From assembly GCA_013265495.1 (NCBI GenBank), contig MU058883.1, positions 248,001 through 312,000 of the forward strand: a DNA stretch of 64,000 bases, in the 5' to 3' direction. The translations under genes were made by a program, and so were the position numbers. Positions within the stretch are counted from its first letter, which is position 1, and every line of letters starts with the position of its first letter. Below are positions 11,681 through 21,073 of the stretch, in pieces. This DNA comes from Vicugna vicugna (taxonomy: Eukaryota). The notes below the pieces were generated by a model, which saw only the letters and a list, made by a program, of their open reading frames with translations, had not been told where the DNA came from and ran no database searches.

Positions 11681-14130
11681 CTGCAGGAGGCCGGCGTCAG
11701 ACCACAGGGCGGGGGCTCACTGCGCCCGGGCCTGGGTGGGGCCCTTACCTGGACCCTGGTCTGGCCCTTCGCGCCACCCCTCCCCTAGCTTACCCCTTGG
11801 AGACGGGACAGGCCACGGGAACCGTGTGCGCCTCCAGACTGTGCTCTGGGGACCTGGCCCCGCACCCCGCACAGATGCCCTGAGTCTCGGCCTTTCTTCC
11901 CAGGGCTGCCTCCTGAGGGTGACCCGTCACCGATGGGGGTGGCTCTTTTGGGCAGGATGGGTGAGTGTGGGGTGGGGAAGAGCCACATGTGGGCGGGGCC
12001 TGGCTGACCTCCTGGTTCTGGCCGGAACTCCTGGAGCGGAGGGCCCCGAATCCCCACCCAGCTGTCCGGGTCACAGGGAAGGTGAGTTTGCCAAGGCAGG
12101 AGAGGAAAGCGTGTTTTTTTCACGTTTGATGCAAATCCTTGAAGGAATAAGCTCTGGTGTGTGGGCCCCTCTAGCACGCTTGCTTGGCCCTGCAAAGGTC
12201 AGTGCAGCCTGGCCAACACTGGCCTCCGTGGGCAGCTCCAGCCACCGTGGCCCAGAGAATGGCCCTGCGCCCACACCCCTCAGCTGCACCTCCTCGAATC
12301 CTCCGGCGGACACTGGGCCCACGCTGCTGAGGAGGAGGGCAGGCCCAGAGAGGAGGAGCCATGGCCCAGGGCCGCCAGCACGGGTGCAGGGTGCAAGTCC
12401 CACCCAGCGAGCGCCCCTACTTCCTGCCCGGCACCACTGCGGTGCTGCCCCCAGCCTCGTGTCCTCGGGGCACATTCTCCCTGAAGTTCGGGGTAAGATG
12501 GTAAATGGAACACATGACTGCTGCTTCCTGGAACTGCTTTGACATGGCTGAAAGATTTTGTAACCGTGTCAGCCCACCAAGGTGGGGAGGGGAGGGGACA
12601 GCAGCTGCAAAGCAAGTGGAGGGCACATGCTAACAGCCTGGGTGCAGCAGGCGCCCCCCGCAATGCAGGGAGCCGGGGCGCTGCCGAGTCTCAGTGGGCA
12701 TGGGCTCACTGGAGATGGGCTCAGCTGGGGCCAGCCTGGGAGGAGGGGAGGGCAAGGCCGCGTGAGAAGTGCTGGGTCCCCAGGCGGGTCCTGCGGGAAC
12801 AGCCTTGGACGCCGGCCCCACCCCCGTCGGGGAGAGGGTGTGTGCACTCAGGACAGCCGAGCCCTGGCGGGGACGCCCCCACCCCCGGGAATGAAGTGGG
12901 CTTTGCACACGGGGTGCTCAACCCCCAGCCTCCTCCCCACAGCCCGAAGGCTCCTGAGGGGGTCCAGGGACCCCCAGGAGTGACAGCAGCACAGAGCCGG
13001 GCAGTCAGGGACCCTCAGGCTTCAGACAGAGCGAGCGCCCCTCCAAGCGTGGCTCCCGGACCTAGTGTGCCCGAGCCGTGGGAGGCGAGACGGAATTTAC
13101 GGACAGTAGCGAGGACGCCGCCTCATCCCAGGGACGCGTGTCGGCCTGGGAGTCCCACCCCCTCGGGCTTGCTTCTCCCCGCACCCCCTTCCTGGGAAGC
13201 TGGGCCGTGCTCCCTGCGTGCACCCCGAGTTCCACTGGACCCCAGTTACCCATCTGACAAGGGTGCGGAGAGCTCAGTGGGGTCAAGGGCTGCGACCAGG
13301 TGCAGGAGAGGGTGTGACCTCCACCCGGGGCCTCAGACTCCCTGAGGCCAGGGTCCCCGGCTCCACTGCTGTGGCCTGCGGCTAAGGGCACAGGTGCAGG
13401 GGAGGGAGGGCCCCAAGGCAGGGGGGAGGCCGAGGGGCGCCAGCTTCAGGGAGTCCCAGGGCAGCTCACCGGAGCCGCAGGGGACGGCCACTGCCGCGTC
13501 CACAGCCCCCTGAGAGGCCTGTCCCTCTTCCTGCCCCACTCGGCCCACTCTCCCCTGTGGCTCCGCAGTCACCAGGCCCAGTGGGTGCCTGGTCAGGAGA
13601 TCCCGGCTCAGGGTCTGTGGGGGCGCCGTGCAAGGAGCGCGGGAGCCGGACACAGGGATCCCCGTGACAGGAACCGTCCGTCTGCCCAGCACCCTCGGGT
13701 GGTCTGCGTCTCCCCCACCCCTGCCGCCTTCCTCCCTGGCTCCCGCCCCTCTGTGTGATGCCCAAACCAAGATGAGCCGCTCACATCACCTCGCCCCTCC
13801 AGGGTGGTCAGGGAGGGGCACGTGACTCCGGGAGCCTTTCCTACAGGGTCTATCACTGGGGCCAAGGAGGAGCCCCCATGTCTCCGTCACAGAGGGGAGC
13901 CCGGGATTGCTCCCTGGCCCTATCCCCGCCCCACAGGACCCACCGTGGGAAGCACTCTGGACACCAGCGGCCCCTAAGTTGACCCCCCCAACGAGCTGGG
14001 TCCCACAGGCATGTCCACCCGGGATGCTTCGTGTGTTGTTCCTGTCCCCCATGGGAGCCACCACCCAGGTCTGGCCTTGTCCATCAGTCACCAGGGACTC
14101 CCAGAGCCCCAGGGGCCCCTCTGCCCTTAC

Positions 14131-14247
14131 CTGTCAGAGGGCCCAGCCAGTATACCTGGGCGTATTGCACCAAGGTGTGCCCCGAGCAGTGAAAGGTGAC
14201 CGAGGCAGCCAGGGTGGGGTTGAAGAAGGCGGACGTGAGGGGCCCAG
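14131..14247 (-). CDS. AQP12: Aquaporin-12 exon 2 (117 nt)
   Basis: cag|CTGGG...CAG|gtaagg; AGPLTSAFFNPTLAASVTFHCSGHTLVQYAQVYWLGPLT; keeps the superaquaporin Cys nine residues after the second motif. Confidence 0.96.
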
Positions 14248-15361
14248 CTGCAGGGGGAGCACAGACAGGCCTCGTCCCGGTCCTGCCTGCAGCCACCTTT
14301 CCGACGGGCCCGGCCCACCCCCAAATCCCCGCTGAGGGTCCTGCTGGGCCCAGGCCTGGACTTGGCAGGCTCCTGGCACACAGGCCGGGAGCTCAGCCCA
14401 TCCTCACCCCCTTGTAGACGGGCACCCCAGGAGGGCTGCTCAGCCAGGCCGAAGGTCACAGGGCCAGGGAGCAGCTGGAGCAGGAGTCTCTCCAGGCACG
14501 TCCGACGCCCGTTCCAACCTCTCGCCCTGGGTGACTCGGCTGCCCCAGCACTTTCCTCCCCGCTCCCCCCGTGGGAGGTTGTCTCTGAGAGACAGAGAGA
14601 TGAGAGAAGGAGACGCAGAGATGGAGAGAGATGGAGACAGTGAAGGGGGGGGGGGGGCGGACAGAGAGATGGACGCGGCCTGACGGAGAGACAACAGGAC
14701 AGAGGACTGGACGGGGCCGGCGAGGGGACATGTGAGGAGCGCCAGTGTCCCTCAGCCCCAGGCCAGGCTGACCACGGCCTGTGGGCAGGGACCTCCCCCG
14801 GGCAGGGCCAGGGCAGGCTCTGGGCTTTGGGAAGAACCCAGGGCAGCTTCCACAGGGGTGCAGGGTCCCATGAGAGCTTGGTCAACAGTCCCGGCCCTGG
14901 GGCAGATAGACCCCAGACAAAGAGGGGATGGGGGGGTGGGAGGAGCTGCCTTCTGGGGTGATATGTGGGGCCCAGTGGGGAGAGGGTGAGGAAGAAAGAA
15001 ACAACACGCCTGGGCACTCTAGGAGGGAGTGACCGAGGATGTAGGGACTTCCAGGCCAGAGCCTGGGCCGGGCCCTGAATAATCTGCACTGGCCGCCCCA
15101 CCTGCCCCAGGTGTAGACCTTCTGGGATGAATAGGAGAGCCGGGGGTACGGACAGACAGAGCCAGGAAGGGCAGCCCTGACAGGGCCCAGGGGTCCCAGC
15201 CCAGCACACTGTGTCCAGCCTAGCTGGTCACCATCCCACCAGTGCCTGGGCCGCCCCGAGTCTCTGTGGCCCCTCGGCCAGCATCCCCACCCCTGGGCGT
15301 TCAGAGGCGTCAGTGTGCAGGCTGGCCACCCAGAGGCCGGAGACAGGCCGCCAGGTCTCAC

Positions 15362-15968
15362 CTGCACAGGCCATGACGGTGACCAGCAGGGCCACGGCCG
15401 GCACCCTGCAGACAGGGAGGGTGTTTCGGAGGTGGAGGAAGGTCAGGTGGAAGAAGAAGGCCCCGGAGCCCTCCACCAGCGCGCCGTGGGGCACGGCCGT
15501 GCGCAGGGCCGTGCTGCAGTGCAGGTCCATGAGGTTCTGCAGAACGTGCATGTCACTGAGCTCCCAGGCCCAGAAGAGCCGTGTCAGTGCGCCGGCCGCC
15601 TGCATGCCCAGCGCCTGGGCCGCCAGCTTCAGTAGCGTGCTGGGCAGAGAGGCCTCAGCCAGGAGGAACTCCTGCAGGGACACGGTGGGATTGGCCGAGG
15701 CCCCGTCCAGGGTGGCCCCGTGCCCCAGGAGGAGCAGGAAGAGCAGGGTCAGCAGCAGATCAGGGCCGAAGCCCCCCGCCCAGGGGCCGATCTCCACCAA
15801 CACGCGCATCTCCAGGCAGCAGGCCCCCAGCTGGGCCGCACCCGCTGCCTCCCGGGCAAAGTGGTCATAGGCGCCCCTGGGGAGCAGGGCCTTGGACGCC
15901 CTCCTGGCCGCCTGGCAGAGGGCGAAGGTAGCAAAGAAGAAGGAGAGGGACACGTTCAGACCAGCCAT
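15362..15968 (-). CDS. AQP12: Aquaporin-12 exon 1 (607 nt coding)
   Basis: Strong Kozak context gcgATGg; MAGLNVSLSFFFATFALCQAARRASKALL...GASANPTVSLQEFL...; donor CAG|gtgaga. The first pore motif NPT (15684-15692) is typical of AQP12. Confidence 0.96.
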
Positions 15969-16085
15969 CGCCCAGAGGTTCCTGGGAGCCGGGCTGAGCC
16001 GGGAGCTGAGCTGACGTGTCGGGGGCTGGCCGGCGGCCCCAAGGGCGGCGAGCTGTGGGAGAGTCCACCTGGGCCGCCTGCCACC

Positions 16086-16185
16086 GTGGGAGCGCCACAC
16101 CTGTGCCCTGACTGCCAGCCCCACCCCTGCGGCCCAGGAGCCCGACTGGGTGGCGCCTCCCCGATCAGATGGCATTTAACATGGG
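16086..16185 (-). promoter_or_regulatory. Putative AQP12 proximal promoter: TATA-like GTTAAAT, E-boxes, and an E-box plus TC-box pair
   Basis: Minus strand: GTTAAATG at ~16173-16180, CATCTG at 16166-16171, CAGGTG-tggcg-CTCCCAC at 16086-16103. Motif match only. Confidence 0.35.
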
Positions 16186-16589
16186 GGCTTGACAGCCAAG
16201 CCTCCGTTCGTCCCACCAGAGACAGTCTTGCTGTGCAGGTGGGCCGAGTCACCTGACGCCTCGTCTCCACCCCTGGCAGGTCCTCTTGTCTGAGTTTCCC
16301 TCCCAGCGTCCGTCCGTCCCTCCCCTGATCTTTGGAAGCTGAGAGTATGTCTCGAAGTCGGGGAGGGTGTCCTACGATTTTGTTCTCTCCAGTACTGTGC
16401 TGGCCCTTCTGTCTCTGGCTGGGGCGTACACATTTCAGACTCAGTTTGTCAGCATCAGACTAGCGTCCTGGCAGTTTGACTGGGGACAGCTTGAGTCTGT
16501 AGATCCAACCAGGAAACCTCACATCGTCCAGCAGTGAGTCTGCAGTCGGTGACCGCGGACTGCCTCCCCATTTACTCACCTCTTTGATT

Positions 16590-17000
16590 CCGTGCATCGG
16601 AATCTTGTAGTTTTCTAATAATAACATATTCTGCTTGATTTTTACCTACACTTTTACTTCTCTCCTTTTCTGGGGAGACGTTACTATAAATGGTGTTTTT
16701 AAAATTTCAGGTTCCAGCTGTTCATCGCGGGTGTGCAGGGAAGCCATCAACGTCCGTGTGTGGACTTCATGTCCTGTGACCTTGCTATAATCACTTTCTA
16801 GTTCCAGAAAGGATTTTTCTTCTTTTTTTTCCAGATTTTCTTCATAGACAGTCTTGCCATCTGCAAACACAGTTTCATTTCTTTCTTCCCAGTCCGTGTA
16901 CCTAGTACTTCCTTTTCTTGTCCCGTTGCACTTGGAATTCCCAGCATGGTTTGGACGGGGCTGGTGAGAGAGGCCCCTTGTCTAGTTCTCAGTCTCGGGT
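16590..17000 (-). mobile_element. L1 ORF2 reverse transcriptase fragment
   Basis: MFADGKTVYEENLEKK...FLELESDYSKVTGHEVHTRTLMASLHTRDEQLEPEILKTPF parallels LFADDMIVYLENPK...LLELINEFSKVAGYKIN. Confidence 0.85.
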
Positions 17001-17089
17001 AGGGGCCCCCGTGTGTCACCATCAGGTGCAGTGCCGGCTGCAGTATTTCAGGGAGTCCCCCCTGAGTCCTGGTTTGCCCCTCCCCAGAC

Positions 17090-17990
17090 TGCACGCCAGA
17101 GGACTCTGTTATGGATAAAGCTCTGGGCAGATTTCGATTGGATTTGTCTTCCTCACCCCCTGGCAGAAACATAAGGGAGTTTTCTTTGCTTTTCACCAGG
17201 AGAACTTGGTGGGGCTCCTGGTGGTAAAATCCACGAGAGAGTGAGGCCCCTCAAGGCCCGAGGCCCAAGGAGTTTCTCTGTCTGCATCTAGCCTGTGCTC
17301 AGCCTCCAGCAAGGCATCCCCACTGCCATGTAGGGGTTCCTGCCCGTCTGCGCCCGCTCCGGCCCCACTCCGGCCCCACTCCGGCCAGCGGACCCTGCCG
17401 TGGCTCTGCTGTCGCTCCAGGTTTGGGGGCAGCGGCCGGCCCTGAGGCCTCGGTTCTGAACTCGCTGGCTCTCCGTTATACTCAGCTTTTTCTTGTTGGA
17501 GCGGGCATCGTGACCGCCAAGCGCCTTAAGATCTGAGGTGAGGGGTCATCTAAAGCTTTTAACTTTTTTGAAAAATCAGAATCCATGAAAGGTTTCCCAA
17601 GTTTCTTTAATCTGCTCCCCCCACTCTAAGAATCCTTTTCTTCGGACTGGATGGTGTGCTGTCTCGTCGGAGAGTTTCGGAGTTCTGTGTCCCTCTGGAC
17701 ACAGGTGTCTGATCAGCCCACGCCTTGTCTGTTCATTTTATTAAATGTTTTCAAAAATGAGAAAATTTTCATTTTGATGAAGTCTGATTTCTCTGATTTT
17801 TCTTTTAGGGGTCATGGTTTTGTTTCGTATCTGCGAAATCTCCGACAACCTCAAGGTCACAAAGCTTCTCCCCCAGGAGTTTACAGGGTTTGGATTCACA
17901 TGCAGATCGATGACCCATTTTGAATTAATTTGGGGTACGGTGCGAGGTTTATTTTTTCCATATGGATGTTCCAACACCATTTTAAAAAAC
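17090..17990 (-). mobile_element. Further L1 fragments (probable 5' region piece and ORF2 C-terminal piece)
   Basis: 17640-17990 translates QINSKWVIDLHVNP (compare KINSKWIIDLNVKP); 17090-17300 resembles old L1M 5' sequence with lower certainty. Confidence 0.6.
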
Positions 17991-17999
17991 TGTCTTTTT

Positions 18000-20290
18000 T
18001 TTGAGATGCTTTAAAAAACTTTAATTTTTAAAATTATCATGGAGTGATAATTGACTTATTTTTTCCATCAATGTACAGGTCTATGAATTTTAAAACATGT
18101 GTATATTCATGTCACCACCACTGCTACTAGGGTGCCAAACAGTTCCATCACCCCAAAAACTCTCTTACGCGAACACAGTCCCCAACCATATCCCCTACTC
18201 TGTTCTCCCATCACTGCTGTGTCTTCCGGAGAATGTTGTATAAATGGAGTCACACAGAATGCAGCCTTTGCAGATTAGTTCTTTCACTCGGCGCAATGCC
18301 TTTGCGAGGCACCTAAGTCTCTGCATGCTTCGGTTGCTAAACAGATTTCCGTGGTGTGGACGGACCACATCCTGTCTGACCACCCGCCTGCTGAAGACAC
18401 GTGAATCGCTTCCATTTGGAGGCAATTGTGAGTAGAGCTGCTCTCAACGTACGCACATCAGTTTCCCTGGGCGCAGCTTCCGTTCCTCCAGGGCAGACGT
18501 CCCGCGGTGGGGCTGCTGAGTCAGGTGGAGGTGCACGCTTCACTTCCCGGAAATTCCCAAGCCCACTTCCAGAGCAGCTGTGCCTTTCGCATTTTCACAA
18601 ACTGTGGAGGAGGGTTCCAGTCCCTCCATCTCCTCAGCAACACTCGATACTGTCAGGGTTTTGTGGTGGTTTTGCATCGTAACCTTTGTAACGTGTGTAG
18701 CGGCATCTTTCACCATTTTCAGATTGGTTGCTCGATTTCTTACCACCGAGTTTTGAGAATTCTTAATGTGTCCTGGAGACAAGTCCCACGTCAGGTATGT
18801 GACTGGTGAGTGTCTCCGTGTCTGGCTGGTCTTCATTTTCTTGACAGAGCAGGGGTTTTCCACGGTAATGAAGTTCAGTGCTGTTTCTTTTCTTTTGTGG
18901 GCAGAGCTTTTGGTGGCACGTCTGACAACACTTGTCCTAGCTTTTCATCTTGGGGACTTCCTTGTCTACTGTCTTCCAGAAGGTGTGTGGATTTAGGTTT
19001 TACATAACATTCTGAGTTACTTTTTGTATAAAGTATAAGGTTTAGGTTGATGTTCATTTTTAAAAACATACCTATGAAGACGTAACAATCAATTAACATA
19101 TCAACTAAAACACGTCAATGTTACTTGTGGGAAAGGCCACCCTTTCTCCACTGGCTGCTTTTACACCTTTGTAAAAAAACCAGTTGGCTGTACTTGTGTG
19201 GGTCTGTTTCTGGATTCTCTTGGTTGATCCACACTGTCCCTTCGCCACCCCACACTGTCCTGATCGCTGTAGCTTTTTAGTAATTTTAAACTGGGTATTG
19301 TGATTTTTCCGACTTTATTCTTCACTTTCAAGTTTGTCCTAGCATTTCTAGGTCCTTTATTTTTCACATAACTTTTAGAATCAGGTAGCTGATACGTCAG
19401 GACGCTCGACTGAGGTCATGCTGAATCTACAGGTCAGTCTGGGGAGGGAGGTCATCTTAACAAATGCCGAACCTCCCGGTCACGAACATGACGTAGCTCC
19501 TCGTTTCACGTAGGTCTTCTTTGATTTCTCTTATCCGTGTTTGTAACTTTCAGCATGTTGACGCCTCTTATTTTTTGACTTTTACCTACGTAGTTCACAT
19601 TTTGCCATTATAAATGGCAGTTTTTTAAACTCAGATTTTCAACTGTTTATTGCTAGTGTATAGAGGTGAAATTAGCGTTTGTATATTGCTCTGGTATTAA
19701 CTCAGTTAATTCTAGTAGCTTTGGGGTATATTCTAGACTTGCTACCGACGCAGCTCTGCTTTTCTTCCGCTCTGGTCTGGGGCCGTCGCTCTCTTTGCTT
19801 CGCCTCGTTCCTCGGGTTAGAACCTCCAGCACCACGTTGAGGAGGGGTGACAGACGGCAGGGGTGAGCTTGTCTTGCTCTGGGTCTTAAGGGCTAAGCAC
19901 CCACTTTCTGCCATTAAGTATGATGTTAGCTATAGATTCATTGTAGACATCCTTTATCAGGTTAAGGAAGTGGTCTTCTATTTAAAGTTTTGATTAGCCA
20001 TGGATTTTGGACTTCTGTTAATGTTTTTCCTACATCCATAGAAACAATAACATGATTTTTCTCTTATTAGTTTAATTTAGTGAATTACATTGATTTTTGA
20101 ACCAACCTTGCATTCCTGGGATAAACCAAATTTGGTCATGAGGTATTAACCTTTTTACACACTATTAGATCCAATTTGGTAAAATGTTACTGAGGATGCT
20201 TGTTTCTATGTTGATGAAGAATACTGGACTGCAGTTTTATTTTCTTGTAGCATCTTTGTCTGGTTTTGGTATGGAGTAAAGCTGACACAT
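18000..20290 (-). mobile_element. 5'-truncated L1M element (ORF2 RT region through 3' UTR)
   Basis: Colinear decayed ORF2 motifs: IPKPDKDATRKEN (~20230), LKTQSKTSSPLP / MVLEVLTRG (~19850), NKGPRNARTNLKVKNKVGKITIP (~19350), followed by a T-rich 3' end near 18000. Confidence 0.85.
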
Positions 20291-20598
20291 GAAATGACCG
20301 GAGATTGCCTGGGCGTGAGGCTGGCAGTACAGGGCTGGCACTGCCAAGGGCGCCTGGGGCTGTTCGGACAGGCGCCAGGTACTGAGGGAAGCAGGTGGAC
20401 GCTCCCACGATACACACCCTCTGTACCTCCCACCCCTCGCGGTGCTCCCCTCTCTGCTTTGCTGCGGGGAGGTGTGTGCTATCTCCAGACAGTGCTGGAC
20501 ACTTGGCCCTGTGGCCATTTAAGGCCCCAGCAAACACCCAGAGCACAAATAAAGCCACAGCAGAGCCCCACGCGTCTGGTGCTGCGTAAAGAGCCATG

Positions 20599-20604
20599 TT
20601 TATT
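20599..20604 (-). terminator. KIF1A: KIF1A polyadenylation signal AATAAA
   Basis: Minus strand reads cgAATAAAcatggctctttacgcagca, followed by a GU/U-rich tract (ctgctgtggctttatttgtgctctgggtgtttg). Confidence 0.75.
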
Positions 20605-21032
20605 TCGTAACTGGACAGAGCCTGAAGCGCACACGCACGCACAGGGGCCTAGAGCCTAACACGCGGGTTTTGGACACTGGGAGCGGGAGTCGCTACGTCG
20701 GGTGGCGGTCACGGTGCAGGGGCTGGGGTGTGCCACACAACCACGTATGTACAAGCCACAGGGGAACTCGGGACGGCTGGCATGGGAAGCACGGGCCTGG
20801 GAGAAGCTGCAGCCTCTTGTCGCCGGGAGGAGGCCTGGCCCGGCCCCAGGGGCAAAGGAGGGCGCCTCTGGGCCCCTGCTGGGGGGTGCTGATGGAGAGC
20901 CAGCATGGCGCCCTGCTCACGCCTGGTGCTCCAGCCACGTTTAGGGATCCTCTCTGAGCACCTTGCCACGCCCGCCTCAGAAGTGCCAAGGGGGGACCAG
21001 GATTGAGTGGGGGCCACCTCCCCTGGCAGGGG

Positions 21033-21073
21033 GTGTGTGTGTGTGTGTGTGCGCGCACGCGCGCGTGCACGCA
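21033..21073. repeat. (GT)9 plus GC/AC alternating purine-pyrimidine tract
   Basis: gtgtgtgtgtgtgtgtgtgcgcgcacgcgcgcgtgcacgca, 41 bp of strict RY alternation. Confidence 0.9.

Noticed and set aside
14580-14720. Purine-rich tract with a G13 run in AQP12 intron 1
   Set aside because: Ordinary low-complexity sequence; homopolymer length is also error-prone.
15211-15870. 219 aa antisense ORF over AQP12 exon 1 (and similar antisense ORFs over KIF1A exons)
   Set aside because: Shadow ORFs of GC-rich codon usage.
15969-16175. In-frame upstream ATG giving AQP12 a 69 aa N-terminal extension
   Set aside because: The ATG overlaps the TATA-like element, so it is probably not transcribed. The extension is low-complexity, and the downstream ATG matches the known N-terminus in a strong Kozak context.
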